A stretch of 64,000 nucleotides of DNA from positions 1,632,001-1,696,000 of the forward strand of contig OZ241907.1 in NCBI GenBank assembly GCA_965203515.1, given 5' to 3'. Position numbers and translations under genes: made by a program. Positions 55,253 to 64,000 of this stretch are shown here, piece after piece. How positions within the stretch are numbered: position 1 is the stretch's first letter; the number at the start of each line of letters is the position of its first letter. The notes beneath the pieces are model-generated. The model saw nothing but the letters and a program-made list of their open reading frames with translations. It did not search any database and was not told the DNA's origin. This stretch comes from Spirochaetia bacterium (GTDB lineage Bacteria > Spirochaetota > Spirochaetia > SZUA-6 > Bin103).

Positions 55253-56145
55253 GCGCGTTCCGTCCGGAAGTAGGCGCGCGCGTAGACGATGCTGACGCCG
55301 GTCAGGATCAGAAAGGTGACCACCGCCATGACCGCCGCGCGGCTGAACTTGAGCCACTCGAAGCCGCTCTTGTAGATCGCCGTGATCAGGATATCGGTGG
55401 TGCCGGCCGGTCCGCCGCGCGTCAGGATGTAGATGGAGTTGAAGTCGTTGAAGGTCCAGAGCGACGACAGCATCGTGGCGATGAGAATGATGTGGCGTAT
55501 TCCCGGCAGGGTGATGAACCAGAACCGCTGCACGGCGTTGGCGCCGTCGATGCCGGCCGATTCGTACAGCTCGCCGGGGATCGACTGCATCCCCGCCAGG
55601 AACACCAGCGCCATGAACGGAATGCCGATCCAGACGTCGACCCAGAGCGTGGCGATGAACGCCGGCGCCGGATAGCCCAACCAGACCGGCGGATTCGACC
55701 ACAGGCCGGTTGCGCGCAGCGTATGGTTCAGCAGGCCGAACTCGGCGTGGTACACCCACTGCCAGAGCAGCGCGCTGATCGGTACGGCCGACGCCCAGGG
55801 AATGATGAGCAGCAGTCGGGCGACCTTGCGGCCGGGAAAGTCGACGTTGAGCAGCACCGCCGCGACCATGCCCAGCAGGGTCTTGGCGGCAACGCCGAAT
55901 ACGGTCCAATAGAGCGATCGGAACGCGATCCGCCAGAACTCGCGGCCGCTCAGGTGCTCGGCAAAGTTGGCCAGACCGATGAACTCCTGCAGGCGCCCGA
56001 GCTTGTCGGTGCGGAACAGCGACATCTGAAACACGTAGACGATCGGGTACAGCATCAGCGCCGCCAGCACCAGCAGCGCAGGCAGCACGAGCGCGTAGGC
56101 CAGCCTCGCCTCCGCGCCCCATACGCGAGTCCGTACCACCGTCAT
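55249..56145 (-). CDS. Carbohydrate ABC transporter permease
   Basis: FIGLANF, LAGMQSIP.ELYESA.IDGA, GGPAGTT. Confidence 0.93.
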   Translation of the reverse strand: MTVVRTRVWGAEARLAYALVLPALLVLAALMLYPIVYVFQMSLFRTDKLGRLQEFIGLANFAEHLSGREFWRIAFRSLYWTVFGVAAKTLLGMVAAVLLNVDFPGRKVARLLLIIPWASAVPISALLWQWVYHAEFGLLNHTLRATGLWSNPPVWLGYPAPAFIATLWVDVWIGIPFMALVFLAGMQSIPGELYESAGIDGANAVQRFWFITLPGIRHIILIATMLSSLWTFNDFNSIYILTRGGPAGTTDILITAIYKSGFEWLKFSRAAVMAVVTFLILTGVSIVYARAYFRTERA

Positions 56146-56226
56146 CGAACGGTACCGGCCTGACGAACGGGGAAGCTCACGGCATCACGCCGGAGCTTCC
56201 CCCGTAAAAACGTGGCCGGCGGCCAC

Positions 56227-57477
56227 CTACATGCCGCGCAGGTCGTCGATCCTGGCCGCCGCTTCGTCGAGCGCTTCCTGGGGCGTCATCTGTTCGAGGT
56301 GCGCCTTCTGCACCGCGTCCCATATGATGTCGGTGTACTCGGCGAACCCGTCCATGAGCGGCCAGCCCTTGGCATTTTGGGCCGCTTCGCCGAGCGCCTG
56401 GTACAACGGCGACTGGAACTGCGGCAACCGGCCTGCGCTGATGGTGACCGGCGGAAAGCCGACCAGCTCGTCGAACGTCGCCTTCCACTCGTCCTGATAG
56501 AAGAAGTCGAGGAACGCGCCGGCCGCTTCGAGATTGGTGCCGCTGAACATCGCCACCGAGTCGGTGATGATGAGCGGAGTCGACGGCTGGCCCTCGAACC
56601 CCGGTATCTGCGCGTACTGCGCCTGAAAATCGGACCCGGCCTGATTCATCGCCGACTCTACCCAGGCGCCGATGAACACGTAGCCGGCGTTGCCCGCATA
56701 GAAGATCGGATGCGATTCCGTACGATCCAGAGCCAGAAAGCCTTCCTGCACCACCTGATCCTCGTTTGCCAGCGTAACCATGAACTCCAGGGCCTTCACG
56801 CCGGCCGGCGAGTTCACCGTCGACCGCCCGTAGCTTCCGTCCGCGAGCGTCTCGAAGAAATTGCCGCCCGCCGCGAGCAGGTAGTAGGCGAAGTCGGTCA
56901 ACTCGGTCGACTTCTTGCCGGGCATGATCAGACCATAGGCATCGGTGTCGGCGGTGATGCGCCGCGCCTCCGCGCGCAACTCTTCCATGGTCTGCGGCAC
57001 GACCGACGTGCGGTTCGGGTTGTAGGCCAGGATGCGGGCGCCGGCCGCGATCGGCAGCCCCATCAGGCGTCCGCCGACCAACGCCTCCATCGCGCCGGCG
57101 GCGATGTTGTCGATCGTTTCCGCGCTGACGTATCGGGTCACCTCCTCGACGGCGTCGAGGGCCATGAACTCCAGCAGCCAACGGGTGCCGATGACCGAAA
57201 TCTCCGGCGGCTGGCCGCCCGCGAGCGAGGTGGTCAGGCGATCGTGCATCTGCCCCCATTGGATCGGCACGATCTCTACCTCGATGTCGTCCTGCGCCGC
57301 GTTGAACGCATCCTGCAGATCGGCGCGGTACTCCTCGGTCAGCCCGTCGTACAGCGCCCAGAAGAAGGTCACGTCGGTCTTGGCCGACTCCGATTGGGCG
57401 GCGGCGAATGCCGTGCCCGCGCCGGCGACCAGCAATGCAAGGATCAGAAACGAACTGATCGCGAGTCTCTTGGCCAT
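56227..57477 (-). CDS. Carbohydrate ABC substrate-binding protein
   Basis: AGGAGG RBS, signal peptide, GQPPEI, PQTMEEL, TPQEALD. Confidence 0.9.
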   Translation of the reverse strand: MAKRLAISSFLILALLVAGAGTAFAAAQSESAKTDVTFFWALYDGLTEEYRADLQDAFNAAQDDIEVEIVPIQWGQMHDRLTTSLAGGQPPEISVIGTRWLLEFMALDAVEEVTRYVSAETIDNIAAGAMEALVGGRLMGLPIAAGARILAYNPNRTSVVPQTMEELRAEARRITADTDAYGLIMPGKKSTELTDFAYYLLAAGGNFFETLADGSYGRSTVNSPAGVKALEFMVTLANEDQVVQEGFLALDRTESHPIFYAGNAGYVFIGAWVESAMNQAGSDFQAQYAQIPGFEGQPSTPLIITDSVAMFSGTNLEAAGAFLDFFYQDEWKATFDELVGFPPVTISAGRLPQFQSPLYQALGEAAQNAKGWPLMDGFAEYTDIIWDAVQKAHLEQMTPQEALDEAAARIDDLRGM

Positions 57478-57536
57478 TCAAGCCCTCCTGAGTAGTGGTT
57501 CCGGCTGACGATGATGACCGGCGGCCCCCGGTTCTG

Positions 57537-58859
57537 TCAAACGTCGGCGTCGAGGAGGAAGCGCCAGATCGGCACCACCTCGATGACGGCGCCGTCGGCC
57601 TCGATCCGCTCCCGTTCGCCGCGGGTCACCAGGGTTGCGGTCCGCACGCCCAGCTCCGCCATGGCCGTAGTCAGGGCGGAGGTCTCCCGCTTCCGCGTCT
57701 GCGGATGGCGCAGGGACTCGCACACCTGCACCAGCATCGGCCTGCCGCCGCGGCGCGGGACGGCGAAGTCGACCTCGCGCCCGGTGCGGGTCCGGTAGTA
57801 GTGGATTTCCGCGTGCCGGCGCCGCAGCGCCGTGAATACCAGGTTCTCCAACAGATGCCCGGAATTTATCAGGATCCCCGACGCAACCGAGGCGATCAGG
57901 GCGTGATCGATGCAGTACACCTTCTTCGGGTTGGCGTTCCTGCGCGCCATCGACGCGTCGAAGATGCGCACCGTGAACAGGAAATAGGCGTCCTCGAACC
58001 ATGCCAGGTACGCCGACACCGCCGCCTTGGGCACCTTGTGGCCGAGCGACTTGAGATAGCCCGTAAGGCTGTTGACGGTGTAGAGCGAAGCGGCGCTGTC
58101 GACCAGCCGGTGGGCCAGATCGACCACGGCGCGAGGATGGGAGACGTCGTGGCGCTCGATCATGTCCCGGAACAGGATGGTGTTGAAGTATTCCTGGTGT
58201 ATCCTGATCCGCAGGTCGCGTCCCAGGCCGGCGACCTCCGGGAAGGCTCCCCGCTCCCAGTACTCCCCGAATGCCTTGACGATCATGAGGCGCCGCCTGG
58301 TCGACAGCTCGCCGGCGCCGTCGATGCCGCGGTAGTCCAGGAACTCACGGAACGAGAACGGGAACAGTTCCCACGACAGCGCCCGCCCCCGCATCTGCGT
58401 GGCGATCTCCCGGGACAGCAGTTGCGCCGAAGACCCGGTGAGATGTATCCGACATCGTTCGGTACGCAGCAAGCGGTCCACGAACGGCTCCCAACCGGGC
58501 GCCGCCTGTATCTCGTCGAAGAAGCAGTGGACCGTCTCGACGTTCTTCTTCTCCGGGTAGAGCGAGTAATAGGCGTCGGTGATCAGGCCGAGACCGCCGT
58601 GCCGCAAGTGGTGGAGCCGGTCGTCGAAGAAGTTGAGGTAGAGGATGTTCTGCCGCGGCACGCCCCGGGCCAGCAAGCCGGCGATCAACTGGTAGAGGTA
58701 GGTCGACTTGCCGCCGCGCCGGACGCCGATGCAGACCGCGGCCTTGCCGGGAACCGTCTCGATGCACAGGCGCCGGCGTACGCCGGTGTCCGGCTCCGCC
58801 TCCTGGAAGTCCAGGATCAGAGACTTGAGCGCTTCGACGCTCGGCCCGTAATCGGTCAT
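57537..58859 (-). CDS. AAA_14 + DUF4143 ATPase
   Basis: GVRRGGKST, FFDEIQ, TGSS, GAFPE, KKVYCID, LENLV, EVDF..QV. Confidence 0.9.
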   Translation of the reverse strand: MTDYGPSVEALKSLILDFQEAEPDTGVRRRLCIETVPGKAAVCIGVRRGGKSTYLYQLIAGLLARGVPRQNILYLNFFDDRLHHLRHGGLGLITDAYYSLYPEKKNVETVHCFFDEIQAAPGWEPFVDRLLRTERCRIHLTGSSAQLLSREIATQMRGRALSWELFPFSFREFLDYRGIDGAGELSTRRRLMIVKAFGEYWERGAFPEVAGLGRDLRIRIHQEYFNTILFRDMIERHDVSHPRAVVDLAHRLVDSAASLYTVNSLTGYLKSLGHKVPKAAVSAYLAWFEDAYFLFTVRIFDASMARRNANPKKVYCIDHALIASVASGILINSGHLLENLVFTALRRRHAEIHYYRTRTGREVDFAVPRRGGRPMLVQVCESLRHPQTRKRETSALTTAMAELGVRTATLVTRGERERIEADGAVIEVVPIWRFLLDADV

Positions 58860-58923
58860 GTTTCTTGCCGGATACTATCGTAACCGGTAAGGATTCTGCC
58901 CGGATACGCCGTCGCGCGCCCGA

Positions 58924-59997
58924 TCAGGCCGGCGCGAACGCCACGCAGGTGGGCCGCGGCACCTCGATCGACGCGCCGGTCGGGACCGGCATCCCGCCGG
59001 CGCCGTCGATGCGGAAGCTGTAGACGGAGCCGCTCTGCTCGTTGGCCGCCAGCAGCCACGTCCCGGAGGGGTCGACGTTGAAGCCGCGCGGCGTGCGGCC
59101 GCCGGTCGACACGTGCCCCAGGGGCGAAAGCTCGCCCGACCGTCGGTCGACGGAGAAGACCGCGATCGAATCGTGCCCGCGGTTGGAGGCGTACACGACG
59201 TGGCCGCGCGGGTGCATGCGCACGTCGGCCGTCGAGTTCTCCCCCGAGTACCCGGCCGGCAGCGAGGTGAGCGTCTGCAGGTGGGTGAGCCGGCCGTCGC
59301 GCTCGCACCGGAACGCCATGATCGTGGAGGCCATCTCCCCCATCACGTACGCGAACGCGCCGTCCGGCGTGAACGCCAGGTGGCGCGGTCCGGCGCCGGG
59401 GTTCGACGCGGCGTCCGAGACGCGCGTCAGGCGCGCCGGGTCGTGCTCGACGCGGTAGGTGACCACGCGATCGATGCCCAGGTCGGGGACGTGCAGGAAG
59501 CGGCCGTCGGCGGTGACGTTGGCCGAATGGGGATGCGGCGCCGCCTGCCGCTCCGGGTTGACGCTCGACCCCCGATGCAGCGCCCGGACCGGCGTGCCCG
59601 GCACGCCCGCGCCGTCAAGCGGCGCCATCACCGCGCCGCCGCCGGTATAGCAGCCGGCGAATACGGCGCGTTCCTCCGGGTCCAGGCTCAGATGGCACGG
59701 CCCCGACACGCCGATCTCCACCGCCGACCGGAGCGCCAGCGCCCCGGTCGCCCGGTCCACGTGGTACAGGCGGATCGCCGCCCCGGCCGGACCGCTGTCG
59801 ATCCCCGCCTCGGCGACCGAGTAGAGCCGCGCGCCGTCGCGGCTGAACAGCACGTAGTTGGGGTTGGGAGCTTCGGCCGCGAGCTGCATGCCGGACAGCG
59901 CGCCGCTGTCCGGATCGAGCTCGAAGCGATAGATGCCGCGGCCGTATCCGTGATCCTCGACTGCATGGTCGGTATAGCTTCCCGTGTAGACGCGCAT
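58924..59997 (-). CDS. pgl: 6-phosphogluconolactonase (7-bladed propeller lactonase)
   Basis: RQ.APHPH, DLGID, GAGPRH, YASNRGHDSIA, G.TPR.F. Confidence 0.92.
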   Translation of the reverse strand: MRVYTGSYTDHAVEDHGYGRGIYRFELDPDSGALSGMQLAAEAPNPNYVLFSRDGARLYSVAEAGIDSGPAGAAIRLYHVDRATGALALRSAVEIGVSGPCHLSLDPEERAVFAGCYTGGGAVMAPLDGAGVPGTPVRALHRGSSVNPERQAAPHPHSANVTADGRFLHVPDLGIDRVVTYRVEHDPARLTRVSDAASNPGAGPRHLAFTPDGAFAYVMGEMASTIMAFRCERDGRLTHLQTLTSLPAGYSGENSTADVRMHPRGHVVYASNRGHDSIAVFSVDRRSGELSPLGHVSTGGRTPRGFNVDPSGTWLLAANEQSGSVYSFRIDGAGGMPVPTGASIEVPRPTCVAFAPA

Positions 59998-60010
59998 GCG
60001 GGCCTCCTCC

Positions 60011-60778
60011 TCAGCGGTCCATCCGCCGCATCCAGAGGTGCTCCAGCCGGTGCGGCGGTTCCCAGCCCAGCACGCGGCCGAGCTTGTCGTTGCGGTATTT
60101 GCCGTGCGGCACCGCCGGCAGCACGAAGTAGGTCTCGCACCGCGACGGCAGCCGGGCGTGATCGATCTCCAGGGCGGCGCGCACGGCCAGTCCCGTGTCC
60201 GGCCAGGCGATGATGTACGGCGGGACCATGTCCTGCCCCACGCCGCCCTTGTCGTTCAGGTCCAGCGCGCGGCTCGCGGTCGGGTGGCGCATCAGATAGA
60301 ACAGGAGCGTCTGCACGTACAGGTCGTGCCGCTCGCTGTAGACGCGCAGCACCTCATGGCCGAGCGCCTTGGTCAGCGCGTACAGGCGCGTGCCCGGCTG
60401 CGGCGGCAGGTCGGGATGGAGGCCGAAGTCGAAGTCGTCGTACGCGGGGCCGGCCACCTGATAGTACGGCCCGGTGTTGACGATGGTGCGGATGCCGTGC
60501 CGCACGGCGGCCTCGGCCACGTGGTAGTTGCCGCGCACGTTGACGTCGAAGGCGGCGCGGCGGTCGGCGCGCGACACCGACAGGTTGACGATCGCGTCCA
60601 TGCCGTGCGCGGCGGCGATCACGCCGTCGCGGTCGCCGACGTCCAATCGACGGTATTCATGGGCGAAGCCCGGCGGAGCCGGAGTGACGTCGGTCACGCG
60701 CAGCGCGTGCCGGCCGCGCAGGGCCGCCACCACGTGGGGTCCCATCGCGCCGCCGCCGCCGACGATCAGGACCTTCAT
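60011..60778 (-). CDS. NAD-dependent epimerase/dehydratase (uronate dehydrogenase-like)
   Basis: IVGGGGAMG, NVRG, YALTK. Confidence 0.85.
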   Translation of the reverse strand: MKVLIVGGGGAMGPHVVAALRGRHALRVTDVTPAPPGFAHEYRRLDVGDRDGVIAAAHGMDAIVNLSVSRADRRAAFDVNVRGNYHVAEAAVRHGIRTIVNTGPYYQVAGPAYDDFDFGLHPDLPPQPGTRLYALTKALGHEVLRVYSERHDLYVQTLLFYLMRHPTASRALDLNDKGGVGQDMVPPYIIAWPDTGLAVRAALEIDHARLPSRCETYFVLPAVPHGKYRNDKLGRVLGWEPPHRLEHLWMRRMDR

Positions 60779-60791
60779 GCCGGCAGCTCCT

Positions 60792-61466
60792 TCACGGGGC
60801 CGCGCCTTCCGGGTAGCCCAGCAGCTCCCCGGCGCGGCCCATCAGGTAGCGCGCCGCCGGACTCGGAGACTGCGCGTGCACGACCGTGCAGGGGCCGGGA
60901 AGCTCGGCCGTCAGCGCCGGGGCGACCGCCGCGGCGACGTCATCGGCGCAGATCGCCGCGTCCCCGTGCGCGCCGTTCAGGGCGCTGCGGCCGCCGCGCA
61001 CCACCGGGTAGCCGAGCCGCAGGATGAGCACCTGCAAGCGCCCGTCACGCGCGAACTCACGGGCGATCAGCTCGCCCAGATGGCAGCCGAGCAACGCCGG
61101 GTCGCCGGACGGCGGCAGCGTCCGCCATCCCTCCGTGACCGTGTAGTGGTCCGGCCAGTCGGCGAGCAGCCGCAGCGAGCTGAGGTAGACGCAACGGCGC
61201 ACCCCCGACTCGGCCGCCGCGCGCAGCAGGTCGTACGTGAGGCGCGTCGCGCGGTCCAGCGCCGCCGGCGGATCGACCGAACCGGCAGCGCCGCCGTCCG
61301 GCAGCCCCGCCGCCACCACCGCGTCGAACCCGGCCGGCACGGTCCTGGCGCCCGACTCCGCGTCGATCTCCGGGCTCACCGCGTCGAGCACGGCGTCATG
61401 GCCGGTCAGCCGGTCGCGCAGGGTTCGCAGCAACCCGCTGTCGCCGGGGCTCAGCAGCACGCGCAT
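60792..61466 (-). CDS. Degenerate NAD-dependent epimerase-fold protein
   Basis: LLRAA...GVRR.VYLSS, ILRLG and DDVA are kept; Gly-rich and YxxxK motifs are lost. Confidence 0.65.
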   Translation of the reverse strand: MRVLLSPGDSGLLRTLRDRLTGHDAVLDAVSPEIDAESGARTVPAGFDAVVAAGLPDGGAAGSVDPPAALDRATRLTYDLLRAAAESGVRRCVYLSSLRLLADWPDHYTVTEGWRTLPPSGDPALLGCHLGELIAREFARDGRLQVLILRLGYPVVRGGRSALNGAHGDAAICADDVAAAVAPALTAELPGPCTVVHAQSPSPAARYLMGRAGELLGYPEGAAP

Positions 61467-61515
61467 GTCGGCACGTTCGCAGTCTGACGCCGACGAATCA
61501 AGCCCGGCGCCGTGC

Positions 61516-61568
61516 GGCGGCCTCCGGGAACCGGGCGGCCTCCGGGAACCGGGCGGCCTCCGGGACCG
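61516..61568. repeat. 18-bp tandem repeat x3 (GGCGGCCTCCGGGAACCG)
   Basis: Read directly in the divergent intergenic region; third copy lacks one A. Confidence 0.85.
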
Positions 61569-61598
61569 GTCACCGCGCACCTGGTCCGCTCGCAGGGG

Positions 61599-61627
61599 TT
61601 GCGCGCCGCCGCGCGCATGCGTATAGT
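61599..61627 (+). promoter_or_regulatory. Sigma70 promoter for leader-leuA
   Basis: TTGCGC-N17-TATAGT. Confidence 0.75.
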
Positions 61628-61638
61628 GCGGTATCCGC

Positions 61639-61734
61639 ATGCGCCAGCTTCTGCCTGAACCGCTCGATCTGCTTCTCGACCTCCTGGGCCTTACGGCCTG
61701 GGTTGCCCGGCGCCACGCGGTAGCGCGCATGTAG
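61639..61734 (+). CDS. Leu-rich attenuator leader peptide (31 aa)
   Basis: MRQLLPEPLDLLLDLLGLTAWVARRHAVARM; 9 Leu in the first 18 codons, directly upstream of leuA. Confidence 0.85.
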   Translation: MRQLLPEPLDLLLDLLGLTAWVARRHAVARM

Positions 61735-61755
61735 CGCACCGAAGCGGCGCGAAGC

Positions 61756-61806
61756 AGCCCAGGCTTGACGGTCGATCCGATCGACCGATGAGCCTGGGTT
61801 TTTTTT
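61756..61806 (+). terminator. Attenuator intrinsic terminator
   Basis: AGCCCAGGCT...AGCCTGGGTT stem with inner GGTCGAT-CCG-ATCGACC, followed by T8. Confidence 0.88.
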
Positions 61807-61845
61807 CGCCTGCGCAAAGCCCCATGGATGGATAAGGAGAGAACC

Positions 61846-63567
61846 ATGCAACGAGGCATCATCGACAAGTACCGGCCGTTCCCGGCGATCGACCTGCCGG
61901 ACCGCGCCTGGCCGAATCGGGCCATCGACCGCGCGCCGATCTGGTGCAGCGTCGACCTGCGCGACGGCAACCAGGCGCTCATCAATCCGATGAACCTGCA
62001 GCAGAAGCTCAGCATGTTCTCCCTGCTGGTCGACATCGGCTTCAAGGAGATCGAAGTGGGGTTCCCCTCCGCTGCCGCCGTCGAGTTCGACTTCATCCGC
62101 ACGCTGATCGACCAGGGGCTGATCCCGGAAGGGGTCTACCCGCAGGTCCTCACGCAGGCGCGCGACCACCTGATCCGGCGCACGTTCGATGCGATCGAGG
62201 GGACGCCGCAGGCGATCGTGCACCTGTACAACTCGACGTCCGAGCTGCAGCGCCGCGTGGTGTTCCACAAGGACCGCGCCGCGATCCGCCGGATCGCCGT
62301 CGACGGCACCCGCCTGGTCCGCGAGTTGGCCGGCCGCACCGACACCGAGGTGGTCTACGAGTACTCGCCGGAGAGCTTTACCGGCACCGAGCTCGACTTT
62401 GCCGTCGAGGTGTGCGACGCGGTCATAGAGGCGTGGGACCCGAGCCCTGAGCGGCGCATGATCGTCAACCTGCCGGCCACGGTCGAACTGGCGACCCCCA
62501 ACGTCTACGCCGACCAGATCGAGTGGTTCCTGCGCCGCGTGCAACGCCGGGACAGCATCATCCTCAGCCTGCACACCCACAACGACCGCGGCACCGGCGT
62601 GGCGGCCACGGAGCTTGGACTGCTGGCCGGCGGCGAGCGCGTCGAAGGGACCCTGTTCGGCAACGGCGAGCGCACCGGTAACGTCGACATCGTCACGGTC
62701 GCCCTCAACCTCTACACGCAGGGCGTGGACCCCGGCCTGGAGCTGAGCGATCTGGGCCGCCTGATCGAGGTCTCCGACGCCTGCACGGAGCTGCCGGTGA
62801 GCCCGCGCCATCCGTATGCCGGCGAGCTGGTCTTCACCGCCTTCTCCGGCTCCCATCAGGACGCCATCAACAAGGGCATGGCCGCGCAGGGCGAAGGGCG
62901 GTGGGAGGTCCCCTACCTGCCGATCGACCCGACCGACATCGGCCGCTCCTATCAGGCGATCATCCGCATCAACTCCCAGTCCGGGAAGGGCGGCGTGGCC
63001 TACGTCATGGAGAGCGAGTTTGGCTGCCAACTCCCCAAGACCATGCAGCCCGAGGTCGGACAGGTGGTCCAGGCGTTGACCGACCGCACCGGCCGGGAGG
63101 TGAACGCGGCGCAGATATGGGACGCCTTCCGGCGTGAATACCTGCAGGCGGACCGGCCGATCCGCTTTCTGGACTACGCATTCGCCAGCGACGCGCAGGA
63201 CAGCTCGCTCGTCCACGGACGCCTTACCGTGGAGATCGAGGGCGAGGCGCAGGAGCTGTCCGGCAGCGGCAACGGCCCGATCGACGCGCTCAAGAGCGCG
63301 CTGGGTCAGGCGGGATGGGACGACTTCAAGCTCACCCACTATTCCGAGCACGCCCTGGGGCAGGGCACCGATTCCACCGCCATCGCCTACATCCAGGTGG
63401 TCCGCGACGACGGCACGCAGCGGTTCGGCGCGGGTACCCATCCGAACATCGCCAAGGCGTCCGCGCTGGCGCTGATCTCCGCGCTCAACCGCACCGTGTC
63501 GGCCGGCGCCCGCCACGCAGGAGTCCGCCACGCAGCGCCCAAGGAGGCCGCCCTGCCGGTGACGTGA
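61846..63567 (+). CDS. leuA: 2-isopropylmalate synthase
   Basis: VDLRDGNQAL, EYSPE, HTHNDRG, GERTGN, AFSGSHQDAI; AAGGAG RBS. Confidence 0.97.
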   Translation: MQRGIIDKYRPFPAIDLPDRAWPNRAIDRAPIWCSVDLRDGNQALINPMNLQQKLSMFSLLVDIGFKEIEVGFPSAAAVEFDFIRTLIDQGLIPEGVYPQVLTQARDHLIRRTFDAIEGTPQAIVHLYNSTSELQRRVVFHKDRAAIRRIAVDGTRLVRELAGRTDTEVVYEYSPESFTGTELDFAVEVCDAVIEAWDPSPERRMIVNLPATVELATPNVYADQIEWFLRRVQRRDSIILSLHTHNDRGTGVAATELGLLAGGERVEGTLFGNGERTGNVDIVTVALNLYTQGVDPGLELSDLGRLIEVSDACTELPVSPRHPYAGELVFTAFSGSHQDAINKGMAAQGEGRWEVPYLPIDPTDIGRSYQAIIRINSQSGKGGVAYVMESEFGCQLPKTMQPEVGQVVQALTDRTGREVNAAQIWDAFRREYLQADRPIRFLDYAFASDAQDSSLVHGRLTVEIEGEAQELSGSGNGPIDALKSALGQAGWDDFKLTHYSEHALGQGTDSTAIAYIQVVRDDGTQRFGAGTHPNIAKASALALISALNRTVSAGARHAGVRHAAPKEAALPVT

Positions 63568-63586
63568 CCGCGGAGACTACGGGAGC

Positions 63587-64000
63587 CTACAGCAGCGCGT
63601 CGTTGAGGCGGACGCCGAAGCCCGGCTCGATCGAACCGTCGATGACCTCCGGCTCGCCGAGCCACAGATCCTCGCGCGGCGCCTGCCAGCGCTTCGGCAT
63701 CGTCTCCGCCAGGTCCAGGCAATCGGTGGCGACGATCAGGTGCAGCCCCCACGGCTCGCCGCCGCGGTGCGGGGCGACCGGCACGCCATGTCGGCGCGCC
63801 AGCTCCAGGATGCGCAGCGCGCCGGTGATGCCGCCCGCCCAGGTGACGTCCGGCTGCCACAGGTCGAGCGCGCCGCGCCGGCCGATCTCCGCGAACGCCG
63901 CCGGCGTGTAATCGTGCTCGCCGCCGGCCAGCAGCACCGGCTTCACGCGCGGGCGCAGCGCGGCCAACTCGCCCAGGTGTTCGGGCGTGGCCACGTCCTC
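63587..64000 (-). CDS. Mandelate racemase/enolase family, C-terminal part (partial)
   Basis: AGGEH, QPDV.W.GG.T, VAPH, PGFGV. Confidence 0.85.
   Translation of the reverse strand, partial: EDVATPEHLGELAALRPRVKPVLLAGGEHDYTPAAFAEIGRRGALDLWQPDVTWAGGITGALRILELARRHGVPVAPHRGGEPWGLHLIVATDCLDLAETMPKRWQAPREDLWLGEPEVIDGSIEPGFGVRLNDALL

Overview
High-GC bacterial chromosome segment (roughly 70% GC by eye). The sugar-binding proteins with 'FAAGQ.E/FAAAQSE' signal-peptide ends, three PhyH dioxygenases and a passenger-poor autotransporter suggest a host-associated (possibly sponge-type) Spirochaetaceae-like organism; this is an inference. Layout: (1) 1-16.3 kb, housekeeping and catabolic genes (radC, DNA glycosylase, orphan Rpn C-terminal gene, HEPN/MNT pair, amidohydrolase+Rieske, qor, DHDPS and enolase families); (2) tRNA-Val and tRNA-Asn, followed by a split mcrB plus mcrC; (3) a 10-repeat surface lipoprotein with G20/C17 homopolymers, and a GH29 fucosidase; (4) a ~19-kb defence island at 24.4-43.7 kb; (5) MATE, DUF362 and two sugar ABC systems, one split by a complete IS21 (6-bp target duplication, third passenger ORF); (6) pgl, epimerases and leuA with a complete Leu-rich leader-peptide attenuator. 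The island is built on a SNF2-helicase / DUF1156 methyltransferase / DUF499 ATPase scaffold. Its intergenic slots hold cargo (retropepsin pair, Tudor/KOW protein, AlbA-ATPase-TPR + DprA, ABC-ATPase+TOPRIM, HipA kinase+HIRAN) and remnants of yhcG, darG, vapC and an ATPase. Several cargo blocks are bracketed by decayed extra copies of the methyltransferase gene's own 5' and 3' ends. All family assignments come from motif recognition, not database searches.
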